In this document: in pieces, positions 10,294 to 19,838 of the stretch
Position numbering within the stretch: the stretch's first letter is position 1
Layout of the letters: each line of letters opens with the position of its first letter
Source of the DNA: Pseudohongiellaceae bacterium
Lineage (GTDB): Bacteria > Pseudomonadota > Gammaproteobacteria > Pseudomonadales > Pseudohongiellaceae
Direction: 5' to 3'
Length of the DNA stretch: 64,000 bases
Assembly: GCA_045565735.1 (NCBI GenBank)
Contig: JBJLER010000061.1
Coordinates: 110 to 64,109 of the forward strand
The notes under the pieces: model-generated
Database searches by the model: none
Seen by the model: the letters and a program-made list of their open reading frames with translations, nothing else
What the model was told of the DNA's origin: nothing
Made by a program: the position numbers and the translations under genes

Positions 10294-11118
10294 TCATTTG
10301 CTGATGGCATCACTAATTAAGACGTAATCAGCCAAAGATAAGTTTTCCGGCCGAAGACTAGCATCTATTGGCAACTCTTTTAGTATTTTTTCTGAAATGA
10401 CAGCTCGAAGGCTATTTTTCAAGGTCTTTCTGCGTTGATTAAATGCGGAACGAATCACAGTTTGCAAACAGTCCGGGTCTTTTGCCTCAATCGGAAAGTC
10501 AGAATGGGGTTTCAAACGGACTATTGCGGAAACTACTTTAGGTTTGGGAGTAAATGCAGAAGAGGGGACATTGAATAAATGTTCTACCTCACAGAAGTAC
10601 TGTACCATTAAACCTAATCGGCCATAATTTTTTTTACCTGCTTTGGCTATCAGTCTTTGCACAACTTCCAGCTGTAACATAAAAACCATATCTAATATTA
10701 ATTGATGTCTCTTAAGCAAATGAAAAATTACTGGTGTGGAAATGTTGTAAGGGAGATTGCCGATAACTCGTAGAGATTTTTCCGTACCCGTTAAAGTCGA
10801 TAAATCAAACTTAAGAACGTCTTGCTGAAAGATTGAGACACTCTCTTCTTGACTAAATTCCTTGTCTAGATATTTTGCCAAGTCTCGATCTAGTTCGATG
10901 CAATCAAGTTTCGCTCCAGAGCTTGCCAGGGGTTTCGTGAGCGCACCCTGACCCGGGCCTATTTCCACCAGGTGATCACTATTCTTTGGTTCAATTTGTT
11001 CGATGATCTTGTCGATTATGTTTTGGTCATGCAAAAAGTTCTGCCCGAATCTTTTGCGCGCTTGATAGGGAAGCCCGTTACTCAGTTTTACGTTAGCCAC
11101 TTCAGGTTTCATATGCAC
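10294..11118 (-). CDS. rsmA: 16S rRNA (adenine1518/1519-N6)-dimethyltransferase
   Basis: ARKRFGQNFL and the VEIGPGQGALT SAM-binding motif. It overlaps the pdxA stop by 17 nt. Confidence 0.95.
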   Translation of the reverse strand: MHMKPEVANVKLSNGLPYQARKRFGQNFLHDQNIIDKIIEQIEPKNSDHLVEIGPGQGALTKPLASSGAKLDCIELDRDLAKYLDKEFSQEESVSIFQQDVLKFDLSTLTGTEKSLRVIGNLPYNISTPVIFHLLKRHQLILDMVFMLQLEVVQRLIAKAGKKNYGRLGLMVQYFCEVEHLFNVPSSAFTPKPKVVSAIVRLKPHSDFPIEAKDPDCLQTVIRSAFNQRRKTLKNSLRAVISEKILKELPIDASLRPENLSLADYVLISDAISK

Positions 11119-12097
11119 TCCAATGGCTAACCATATCGTTTGCAGTTGCTATGGCATTGTAGAAACTGCCGGTATTCACTTCACCCGTTCCGGCAAGATT
11201 TAGTGCGGTACCGTGATCAACTGACGTGCGGATTATAGGTAGACCCAGAGTGATATTGCTGGCATCACCAAAACCTTTGAACTTCAAAACTGGCAAACCT
11301 TGATCGTGATACATGGATAGCACAGCATCTGCATGATCGAGATACTTAGCAGTAAACAGAGTGTCCGCAGGTAGCGGTCCAATAAGGTCCATGCCGGCGG
11401 TCTGCATTTCTTGCATTACCGGTTCAATTATATCTATTTCTTCTCGGCCAATATGTCCCCCTTCACCGGCATGAGGGTTTAATCCGCACACCAGAATCGT
11501 TGGATTTCCAATTCCAAATTTCTTTGTTAGGTCTTCATGCAAAATGGTAATGATGTTGCTAAGGAGTTCCTTATTTATAGCTCCTGGCACTTCCGTTAAC
11601 GGCAAGTGCGTTGTGACTAGAGCCACTCGTAATCCCTCAGTCGCCAACATCATTACGGTTAGATCCTTATTACAATGTTCTGCCAGGAACTCGGTATGAC
11701 CAGTAAAGGCGATACCTGCATTATTTATATTTCCCTTATGCACCGGGCCAGTGACCATTGCATCCAGCTCTCCCATCATTACTTTATTGGCCGCTAAGCG
11801 CAAAGTTTCTAGCACGTAGTGAGCATTTGCTGGATTAAGTTTGCCAGCAATCACTTGCTCTTGGGTATCCACCTGAATAAATGAAAGCTCTCCAGCAGAA
11901 CTGGGTTTGGAGTTCGAACTGCAAAACTGATTTAGTGAAAGCGGTAAGTTTAGTAACTTAGCCCGCTGCTCTAGCACTGCGCGATCGCCAATTATGACAA
12001 GCTCGGTGTTAAGTGGAGGATGTTGGGCAGTTAATACGGCGAGGTCAGGTCCAATGCCAGCTGGTTCGCCAGGTGTAATGGCAATTCGATTGGTCAC
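11102..12097 (-). CDS. pdxA: 4-hydroxythreonine-4-phosphate dehydrogenase
   Basis: GEPAGIGPD, GLNPHAGEGG and TSVDHGTA motifs. surA-pdxA-rsmA synteny. Confidence 0.95.
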   Translation of the reverse strand: MTNRIAITPGEPAGIGPDLAVLTAQHPPLNTELVIIGDRAVLEQRAKLLNLPLSLNQFCSSNSKPSSAGELSFIQVDTQEQVIAGKLNPANAHYVLETLRLAANKVMMGELDAMVTGPVHKGNINNAGIAFTGHTEFLAEHCNKDLTVMMLATEGLRVALVTTHLPLTEVPGAINKELLSNIITILHEDLTKKFGIGNPTILVCGLNPHAGEGGHIGREEIDIIEPVMQEMQTAGMDLIGPLPADTLFTAKYLDHADAVLSMYHDQGLPVLKFKGFGDASNITLGLPIIRTSVDHGTALNLAGTGEVNTGSFYNAIATANDMVSHWSAYET

Positions 12098-12118
12098 AGG
12101 TCATTAACCGCTTAATCC

Positions 12119-13423
12119 TTAATCCACAAACTCGACAAATGCTTCTTCGCGGATTTCGATTAGCCAATTTTGCAATTCGAGATCGAATTTTCTGTTGCGT
12201 AAGGTTTGCTCTGCCTGAGAACGGGAGTACTCAGCACTGAGGTCTGTTTCACGTCGACCAAGTACTTCAGCAATATGCCAACCAGTAGCAGTTTCAAACG
12301 GTTCACTAAGTTTGTTCTCTTCAAGCTGATCGACAACAATTTCGAATTCTCTTGGCAGTCCGCCTTCGGTTACCCAGTCTAAATCCCCACCGCCTACCAC
12401 AGATGTGGCATCGTCGGAATGTTGCCGAGCGATTGAAGCAAAGTCTTCGCCAGCAAGAATTCTTTCTCTTAGTTCATTGATCTCTCCGATCGTCTGCTGT
12501 TCGTTTCTGATTTCGTTTGGTGATAGCATGATGTGACGAACATTTGTTTGGTTCACGATTTGTTCCGTACCACCGCGCTTGCCTGCTAAGAATATTACAT
12601 GGTAACCATTGCCAGCTTCGATTGGTCCTTCCACAGCTCCTTGTTCCATATCTTCTACGATCGTGGAAAACAAATTAGGTAAGTTCTCCGCTTTGCGCCA
12701 GCCAAAGTCAGTGCTTTCGACAGGAAATACATTAGCTTGTCTGGCTACAGTCCTCACTTCGAGAAAGTTTTCTCCTTCACCAACCCGAGCAACGATGTCG
12801 GCCGCATATTTTAATTTGGCATCGCGCTCATCAACGCCGTCGACACTGGCGAATGGAATTAATAAGTGATCGATGAAGTAATCTGCTGACATTACTTCTC
12901 TTCCCATCTCGGAATTGAGGAAATTATCAATTTCCTGATTGGTTATGGAGATTCGTCGATTAACCATTCCGCGCTGCAATTCCTGTAGCATCATTTGCCG
13001 CCGAACTTGATCACGGGTTTGCAGATACACTCCATTATTTTCCAGCACAGCGACATATTGATCGAATGACATATCACTGCTTTGCGCCATGTTATTTAGA
13101 ACACGATTGATCATGTCATCATCAAAACGAATGCTGACTTGTTCAGCCATCTGCAATTGAATACTTTCGATTATCAGTGCTTCCAATACGTCATCTCTCA
13201 TTTCATCTTCTGGGGGCAATTCTCGATTGTCCCGAGCCGCAGCATTCAATATATCTGTCATTCTCAGGTCCATTTCGCTCTGCAACACAACATCCTGGTC
13301 AACCAGCGCTATAACCCGATCCAGCAGTATCCGCTGAGCAAAGGCTGAATTACTGAGTGAAAAGAACGCTGCTGCGATTAAGCAGGTCTTGGCTAGTAAT
13401 GAAATAGTTGGTTTATAAGCCAT
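12119..13423 (-). CDS. surA: Periplasmic chaperone/peptidyl-prolyl isomerase SurA
   Basis: Signal peptide, an N-terminal chaperone domain and two parvulin-like domains. It lies downstream of lptD with an 11-nt overlap. Confidence 0.92.
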   Translation of the reverse strand: MAYKPTISLLAKTCLIAAAFFSLSNSAFAQRILLDRVIALVDQDVVLQSEMDLRMTDILNAAARDNRELPPEDEMRDDVLEALIIESIQLQMAEQVSIRFDDDMINRVLNNMAQSSDMSFDQYVAVLENNGVYLQTRDQVRRQMMLQELQRGMVNRRISITNQEIDNFLNSEMGREVMSADYFIDHLLIPFASVDGVDERDAKLKYAADIVARVGEGENFLEVRTVARQANVFPVESTDFGWRKAENLPNLFSTIVEDMEQGAVEGPIEAGNGYHVIFLAGKRGGTEQIVNQTNVRHIMLSPNEIRNEQQTIGEINELRERILAGEDFASIARQHSDDATSVVGGGDLDWVTEGGLPREFEIVVDQLEENKLSEPFETATGWHIAEVLGRRETDLSAEYSRSQAEQTLRNRKFDLELQNWLIEIREEAFVEFVD

Positions 13424-16274
13424 AATCAGTTTCTCTAAATCCCCAGATACTGTCGGTTAAAAGGTTGCTTAGACCTCCTCCAGTGAGGTTTCCAAGCCCA
13501 TTTAGAGTAAATTGGACAAAAATTCCTCGGTCGGGTTCGATATTAGGAAGAAACAATTCGTCTTCGTCAACCCATTCTCGGCCTATTAGGCGAATCGTAG
13601 CACAGCAATTAGACCACTCAACACCGGCAAAACTCTCAAGATTTCTTTCATTGCTATGATCGTAGTTCCAGCGCGCCAATAGACTCCAGTTGTTATTGAC
13701 TGGCCAGACTGCAGAGATATCTGTTTGCTTTATGCGCGCATCTATTCCGGAAGGGAAGATGAAGGATGGGTTACTTACCAGGCTGCGGTATCGATAGGCG
13801 AAATTTAGCAAATGATTATCGTCGCGATGATAGCGGAGCTGGAATGCGCCCTCATCAATGATCTCGGTTTCTTCATTCCATTGTACGTCGGTATTCAGGC
13901 GCCAGTTTTCCCCTAATGAGAAGGCAATTTCACCGGCAAGGGCTGATTCATTAGTTAATGGGGAATAGCGTGGTAACCAGGTCTGTAATGGATTGGTTAG
14001 AGTCACCAAACGGTCCGCGAAATAGTGGATCCGCCCGATGCTCATGCGGGCTGTTTCTTTTCCTTGCGGATTTAAAAAGCGGCTGGTTAAGGCAAAGGCG
14101 ACCTGATCGGCATCAGCTATTCGGTCACCGCCGCTGTATCTATCGTCGCGAAACAGTTGATTAAAGCTGAAATTCAATTCTGAGGTATCGAACAGAGGCA
14201 AAGAACTTTGATCTTCATATTCGCTATATAAATACGACACTCGAGGTTCGAGAGTCTGTCGCCAACCGCTATCTCGATTCATATCCCGTTCAAAAAGCAA
14301 GCCAGCGTCGAAGGAAAAGATACCGATACCAAGGTCTGGATCTTCAATCGTGCCTAATGCCTGGTTCTGTAATTTGTATTGAATGTGTTTGTACTTGGCA
14401 TTGGTTCGAATAAACCAACCTAGATTTTCATTCGACCAACCTATTTCTGGTTCGAGGTTAAATCGTTCACCATTTATTAACGCACCATTATTCAATTGAT
14501 TCATCGTTAATAAAGCTTCATCTAGATTGCGATCGAAAGAAGTAGCCTCACCGCGAATTCCTACTCGGAAGCCACCCCTTAAGTAAGCATTACTTTCAAA
14601 GAAGAATTGTGGTAACCGATCAAACGGCTTGTTGATATTCGATCTCGCATAAAGAGGATCAATGATCTCGATTCTTTGTACATTTAATCCTGCTCGTAAA
14701 AAATCAGAATTAAAATTTATTCGGCCTTGTCGATTGAGATGAGTGCGGCTAGTTAAATTCAGTCCGTTACTTCCCAGGTCATAGAAATAATCTGCATCAC
14801 TTATAGCGTTGTAATCAATAAAAGAAGAGAAACCGCCACCGAGAAGTCCTTGGTGTTCAAATCCAACAAACCATCGATCTTCTACAAGTGGTGAATCTGT
14901 TCCGGGTTTGTTTATAGTGGTTGGATCATAGAGTTTGTCACCAGATAGTCCAGATAGATTTAAAGTATTCATGGACCAATTGGCCAAGTAACGGGCTTCC
15001 AGCCCAACTAGCGTGCCTCGGTCCGAAATAATTCTTGGCGATAAAGTGGCGTCATAATGAGGGGCGAGATTGAAATAATATGGCAGCTCAAAATCGAAAC
15101 CTCCACTTCGAGTAGAGCCAGTGCTCGGAGCGAGAAAGCCAGATATTGGTTCGTCACCCAAGGGAAACGGCAGGGTGCCTGGGTAATAAAAGATTGGAAA
15201 ATCACCAAGTCTCAGGCTGACATTGTCGGCGTAGCCGCGATTAGCATCTTGATCCAGCACGATACTGTCTGCCCTTAACTTCCAGAAATTACTTCCGGGT
15301 TCGCAACGACTAAATTCACCATTTTCTATACTCACCAATCCAGAATCGCCAGAGTAGACTACAGAGGCTGCATTGCCATGGGCTCCGTAATTGTGCAATA
15401 CATACTGAGCGCCCGAGACCCGGTTAATAGATTCATAACTGTTGATATAGGCAGAGTCGCCGAGTAATAAAATCCCAGGCTCGCGAAACTCAACATTGCC
15501 CTCCATTAACACGGTGTTCGCCTCGCGATCGATGGTAGTGCCGTTATCATTACGAATCGTGCGATACCCCTGTTGCACAATGACCTCACCGTCAATGGTG
15601 ATCAGATTCTGATTGATCTGAGATAATCCGGTTTCATCTGTTAAGAAGGTAGTTCCCGCATTTGCAGGATCATTGGTAGGATCGAGAAGTTCAGCAGCAG
15701 GATCGACGTATGTACCACAACAATTTCCTGGAATCAGAGATGACTGTTCTGCACTTAGTTCTTCGCGAGGAACCCAGTCCAAGTCATAATCTGAAGTGGG
15801 TGCAACTATCGGTTGGGCAATGACTTCTTGTTCTGGTTCTTCTATTGGTTCTGCAATCGGTGCGGTGGGCGCAAGGGGAAAGCTAGGCTGTTGCGGAGAT
15901 GCGCCCTGGTCTTCGGGGTCCTCTTCGGCTTCCTCGTCGTCTTCTAATTCATCTTCAGCTTGTTCGGGTTCGGCAGATTCTTCTGTAGGGTCCTCAGGCA
16001 ATTGAATTGGAAATTGGAAAGAGGATCGTCTTTGTGGACCAGATCCGTCCGGAAGTACTGCCCCCGGGCTGTTGTAACGATCAGTTCCATCGGCCGTGTT
16101 TGGAGACTCAATAGGACCAGTATTTTCGCAAATCCATCCGTCACCGCCGTCATTAGGTCGACAACTATATTGAGGAAGCTGGGCATCTGCCGATTTAGGT
16201 GAGGCAGCTAGAAATAATCCAACGGAGAGTACGAAGGCGATTTCTGATCTTAGCAGACGCTTCTTAAATGGCAC
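13413..16274 (-). CDS. lptD: LPS-assembly outer-membrane protein LptD with an extended acidic N-terminal region
   Basis: 953 aa. It has a signal peptide, an OstA-like N-terminal domain, a large beta-barrel region, and N-terminal (NCCGTY) and C-terminal (SNCCATIR) cysteine pairs. lptD-surA-pdxA synteny. Confidence 0.93.
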   Translation of the reverse strand: MPFKKRLLRSEIAFVLSVGLFLAASPKSADAQLPQYSCRPNDGGDGWICENTGPIESPNTADGTDRYNSPGAVLPDGSGPQRRSSFQFPIQLPEDPTEESAEPEQAEDELEDDEEAEEDPEDQGASPQQPSFPLAPTAPIAEPIEEPEQEVIAQPIVAPTSDYDLDWVPREELSAEQSSLIPGNCCGTYVDPAAELLDPTNDPANAGTTFLTDETGLSQINQNLITIDGEVIVQQGYRTIRNDNGTTIDREANTVLMEGNVEFREPGILLLGDSAYINSYESINRVSGAQYVLHNYGAHGNAASVVYSGDSGLVSIENGEFSRCEPGSNFWKLRADSIVLDQDANRGYADNVSLRLGDFPIFYYPGTLPFPLGDEPISGFLAPSTGSTRSGGFDFELPYYFNLAPHYDATLSPRIISDRGTLVGLEARYLANWSMNTLNLSGLSGDKLYDPTTINKPGTDSPLVEDRWFVGFEHQGLLGGGFSSFIDYNAISDADYFYDLGSNGLNLTSRTHLNRQGRINFNSDFLRAGLNVQRIEIIDPLYARSNINKPFDRLPQFFFESNAYLRGGFRVGIRGEATSFDRNLDEALLTMNQLNNGALINGERFNLEPEIGWSNENLGWFIRTNAKYKHIQYKLQNQALGTIEDPDLGIGIFSFDAGLLFERDMNRDSGWRQTLEPRVSYLYSEYEDQSSLPLFDTSELNFSFNQLFRDDRYSGGDRIADADQVAFALTSRFLNPQGKETARMSIGRIHYFADRLVTLTNPLQTWLPRYSPLTNESALAGEIAFSLGENWRLNTDVQWNEETEIIDEGAFQLRYHRDDNHLLNFAYRYRSLVSNPSFIFPSGIDARIKQTDISAVWPVNNNWSLLARWNYDHSNERNLESFAGVEWSNCCATIRLIGREWVDEDELFLPNIEPDRGIFVQFTLNGLGNLTGGGLSNLLTDSIWGFRETDYGL

Positions 16275-16443
16275 GAGACAACAATCCTGCAGAGATCAAA
16301 TTGAAATGTGTAATGGAAATAAACAAATCGTAAATGAAACCGACTTACAAGTTTATGCATTGGTTAAACTGGCGCGCATAGGCATAATAATTCATTGAAG
16401 TTTGATTGCAAAGCAACTGAAAAATCGAGTCGAAATATTATAA

Positions 16444-17496
16444 ATGTCGAAATCCAGACAGGAAAAATTGGGGCTCTGGGCTAATCAGGTACTCAAACAA
16501 TTATTGCCCAAAATCAAAGGTGAGGCAGATCTGACCCTGGTAAGTGGCGATGCCAGTTTTCGTCGCTATTTTAGGGTCCGCACTGATGGGGCTCATTTTA
16601 TTGCAGTTGATGCGCCGCCAGAGCATGAAAACTCCCGCATTTTCGTGCGTGTCTGCAACTTATTGCAAGACGCCGGGGTGACCGCGCCCAAGGTATTCTC
16701 TGCTGACTATGATCAGGGCTTTATGTTGTTGGATGATTTTGGTGACGAAATTTATCTCAATCGATTAGTTGACCTGCAAGAATCGGGTAATCAATCAGAA
16801 ATTAATACGCTATATGAATCGGCAATTGATTCCTTGCTTGGTATTCAGGCGGGGGTAGATAAAGAGATACTTGACCCCTATGGCAAGTCTGAATTGCATA
16901 GAGAAATGTCCTTATTTGAGGATTGGTTTTGTTCTCAATTTCTTCAATTAAAGTTAGAAGAAAATGAAAAAGCATTAATAGCTGAAACACTTGAATTTTT
17001 GGGAGAGGCTGCTCTTTCGCAACCGCAGGTGGCGGTGCACCGAGATTACCATTCCAGGAATCTGATGATTCTCGATATAAAGGAATTTGGTGAAAATTGC
17101 ACTCCTGGGATTATTGATTTCCAGGATGCTGTCAGCGGACCTTACACCTACGATCTTGTTTCTTTATTAAGAGACGCTTATATCCGCTGGGATCAGGAAT
17201 TAGTTGATGGCTGGGCACTCTACTATCTAGAGCAGGCAAAAAGCTCTCGACTTATCGAAAATATTGAAGAAGCCCAATTTCTCCGAGACTTTGATCTCAT
17301 GGGGCTTCAGCGCCAATTGAAAGTAATCGGGATCTTCGCGCGATTGTGTATTAGGGATAATAAACCGCGCTATTTGGCCGATATTCCTCTGGTCATACAA
17401 TACTTTTTGGAGGTTGGTCAAAAATATACGGAACTTAAAGCATTTGTTGACTGGTTCAAGCATGCGGTGGAACCGATAGCTAGGAACAAACTCTGA
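16444..17496 (+). CDS. amgK: N-acetylmuramate/N-acetylglucosamine kinase (aminoglycoside-phosphotransferase fold)
   Basis: APH-fold catalytic loop HRDYHSRNLM and IDFQD. It is divergent from lptD and followed by murU, as at the Pseudomonas amgK-murU locus. Confidence 0.8.
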   Translation: MSKSRQEKLGLWANQVLKQLLPKIKGEADLTLVSGDASFRRYFRVRTDGAHFIAVDAPPEHENSRIFVRVCNLLQDAGVTAPKVFSADYDQGFMLLDDFGDEIYLNRLVDLQESGNQSEINTLYESAIDSLLGIQAGVDKEILDPYGKSELHREMSLFEDWFCSQFLQLKLEENEKALIAETLEFLGEAALSQPQVAVHRDYHSRNLMILDIKEFGENCTPGIIDFQDAVSGPYTYDLVSLLRDAYIRWDQELVDGWALYYLEQAKSSRLIENIEEAQFLRDFDLMGLQRQLKVIGIFARLCIRDNKPRYLADIPLVIQYFLEVGQKYTELKAFVDWFKHAVEPIARNKL

Positions 17497-17553
17497 AGCA
17501 ATAATGAGCGAGGACAGCTAGGCCAGCCGCAGAAAATACTCACTGGAAAAACT

Positions 17554-18243
17554 ATGCGTGCCATGATTTTAGCGGCCGGCTTGGGCAAGCGTATGCAGCC
17601 CCTGACCGCTAACAAACCAAAACCTCTGCTAAAGGTAGGGGATAAGACCTTGATCGAGTATCAGATCGAGCGGTTGGTGCAGGGAGGCATTACTGGTGTT
17701 GTCATCAATCATTTCTACCTGGGTACGATGATAGAAGAAGCCCTGGGGGATGGATCCCAATTCGATATCGAGATTCTCTACTCCAAAGAGCCCATTCGCC
17801 TAGAGACTGCCGGTGGCATTATTAAATCTTTGCCTAAACTTAAAGATGACAGCTTTATTGTGGTCAATGCTGATATTTGGACCGACTTTGATTTTTCCCG
17901 CTTACAACCGCTAGATGGCAAAGATCGATTAGCGCACCTGGTTCTCGTGGAAAATGCAGAACACAACCCACATGGAGATTTCTATATAGATGAAAGTAGA
18001 AAAGTTCATGAAGACCACGAGGCACGAGATAAGCGCCTGACCTTTAGTGGAATTAGTGTAATGCACAAAATGTTATTCGAAGGATTTCCTATTCAACCAC
18101 GGTCGACCATTCCTCTCTTGCAGGAAGCAATGGCGAAAAATTTGGTTAGTGGAGAAATCTACGATGGCTTATGGATCGATGTTGGAACACCAGAAAGGCT
18201 GAATGAAGTAAACGCAATAGTCGCTCAATCGAACGGAAACTGA
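17554..18243 (+). CDS. murU: N-acetylmuramate alpha-1-phosphate uridylyltransferase
   Basis: Sugar-nucleotidyltransferase N-terminus MRAMILAAGLGKRMQPLT. 229 aa. Paired with amgK. Confidence 0.8.
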   Translation: MRAMILAAGLGKRMQPLTANKPKPLLKVGDKTLIEYQIERLVQGGITGVVINHFYLGTMIEEALGDGSQFDIEILYSKEPIRLETAGGIIKSLPKLKDDSFIVVNADIWTDFDFSRLQPLDGKDRLAHLVLVENAEHNPHGDFYIDESRKVHEDHEARDKRLTFSGISVMHKMLFEGFPIQPRSTIPLLQEAMAKNLVSGEIYDGLWIDVGTPERLNEVNAIVAQSNGN

Positions 18244-18246
18244 GCC

Positions 18247-18975
18247 ATGTTCGCATTACTACTTAATCGCGGTTACAAGCAAGCTATTACCAGACGATTA
18301 AACGGCACCGATCCCCATGCGTCCGTTCCTAATGGAGGTCGGGCGCAGCAAGTACTGTTAATGGCTATGTTTGCAGTAATGGGGAAGATCGCCAAGATGG
18401 ATGGGCGGGTTACAACGAATGAAGTTAAGTATGCTTCAACTATCATGCAGCTAATGGGACTTAGTGCAATCGAACGACAGCAGGCGATAAATTATTTTGA
18501 TCAAGGCAAACAAGTGAATACTGATGTAATGCCTTGCATTGATAATATGGCTGAAACAATTGGGAAAAATAGCGCATTGGCAAATTTGTTTCTCAAGGTT
18601 CAAATCAGACATGCCTTGGTAAAAGGTGAATTGCGTTTGAAAGAAAAAGTGTTGCTGCGCGACGTTGCCAAGATCCTTGGTTTTGATAAACCTACATTTG
18701 TGACATTGTGTAATGAGATGCAAGGTCCCACTGATACTAAACAATCTAAAACACGAAACTTTTTGCATAATGCTTATAAAGTATTGCAACTGGAACCTGG
18801 TGCTGAAGATGGAGAAATTCGTCGGGCATACTTGCGCATGATGTCGCGCTATCACCCCGACAAACTCGTGCGCGATAATCTTTCTGAAGAGTCCCTAAAA
18901 CAAGCGCAGGAAAAATCCATGGCTATCCGCACTGCTTATGAAACTGTATGCGGTTACCGGAAGATCAGAGCCTGA
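18247..18975 (+). CDS. djlA: DjlA-like J-domain co-chaperone lacking the N-terminal membrane anchor
   Basis: C-terminal J domain (LQLEPGAEDGEIRRAYLRMMSRYHPDKL). The central TerB-like region aligns with E. coli DjlA (FAVMGKIAKMDGRVT versus FEVMGHLTKSKGRVT). An in-frame TGA lies two codons upstream of the ATG. Confidence 0.8.
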   Translation: MFALLLNRGYKQAITRRLNGTDPHASVPNGGRAQQVLLMAMFAVMGKIAKMDGRVTTNEVKYASTIMQLMGLSAIERQQAINYFDQGKQVNTDVMPCIDNMAETIGKNSALANLFLKVQIRHALVKGELRLKEKVLLRDVAKILGFDKPTFVTLCNEMQGPTDTKQSKTRNFLHNAYKVLQLEPGAEDGEIRRAYLRMMSRYHPDKLVRDNLSEESLKQAQEKSMAIRTAYETVCGYRKIRA

Positions 18976-19142
18976 AACGATCTCTCTTATTCATGATCTT
19001 CACTCGTATTGTGGTTACGGCGAAAGATGACTGCGGAACCTTTAAGTGAGACCGGGGCTTAACATGGGTGGTCAGCCTTAGGACAAAAGCCGCCGTAATC
19101 TGTACAATACCGCCACTTCTGGACTTATTGCCTGATACTTTC

Positions 19143-19826
19143 ATGAAAGATTACTTAATTGCTCCGTCCATTCTTTCGGCAGATTTCGCTCGTTTAGGCG
19201 AGGAAGTTAATGCTGTGCTCGATGCGGGTGCAGATGTGATCCATTTTGATGTAATGGACAATCATTATGTGCCCAATCTCACCATTGGTCCCATGGTTTG
19301 TGAGGCTCTGCGTAATCACAAAATTGCCGCACCTATCGATGTGCATTTAATGGTTACTCCTGTAGATCAGCTCATTCTGGATTTTGCTAAAGCCGGTGCC
19401 AGCTATATTAGCTTTCATCCTGAAGCCACTGTGCATGTGGATAGATCTCTTCAGCTTGTAAGAGACCAGGGTTGTAAATCTGGTCTAGTATTTAATCCCG
19501 GCTCATCTATTGAATGTCTAGAATATTTGATGGACAAGATCGATGTCATTCTTCTCATGTCTGTTAATCCTGGTTTCGGTGGCCAAAAATTTATCCCGTC
19601 TACTCTGAAGAAGCTGGAAAAAGTACGCAAGCTGATCGATGACAGCGGCTATCAAATTCTATTGGAAGTTGATGGTGGCGTTGGGGTGAAAAACATTCGT
19701 GAAATTGCCGACGCGGGAGCTGATATGTTCGTCACCGGCTCAGCTATTTTTAACAGTAAAGATTACGCCGCTACTATAAAAGCCATGCGCGAAGAGCTTG
19801 GCCAGAGCCCTAATCGAAGCCACTGA
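19143..19826 (+). CDS. rpe: Ribulose-phosphate 3-epimerase
   Basis: [27 protein letters not shown] and EVDGGV. The ATG at 19143 gives the canonical N-terminus. Confidence 0.95.
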   Translation: MKDYLIAPSILSADFARLGEEVNAVLDAGADVIHFDVMDNHYVPNLTIGPMVCEALRNHKIAAPIDVHLMVTPVDQLILDFAKAGASYISFHPEATVHVDRSLQLVRDQGCKSGLVFNPGSSIECLEYLMDKIDVILLMSVNPGFGGQKFIPSTLKKLEKVRKLIDDSGYQILLEVDGGVGVKNIREIADAGADMFVTGSAIFNSKDYAATIKAMREELGQSPNRSH

Positions 19827-19838
19827 GGCTTTCCTCCC

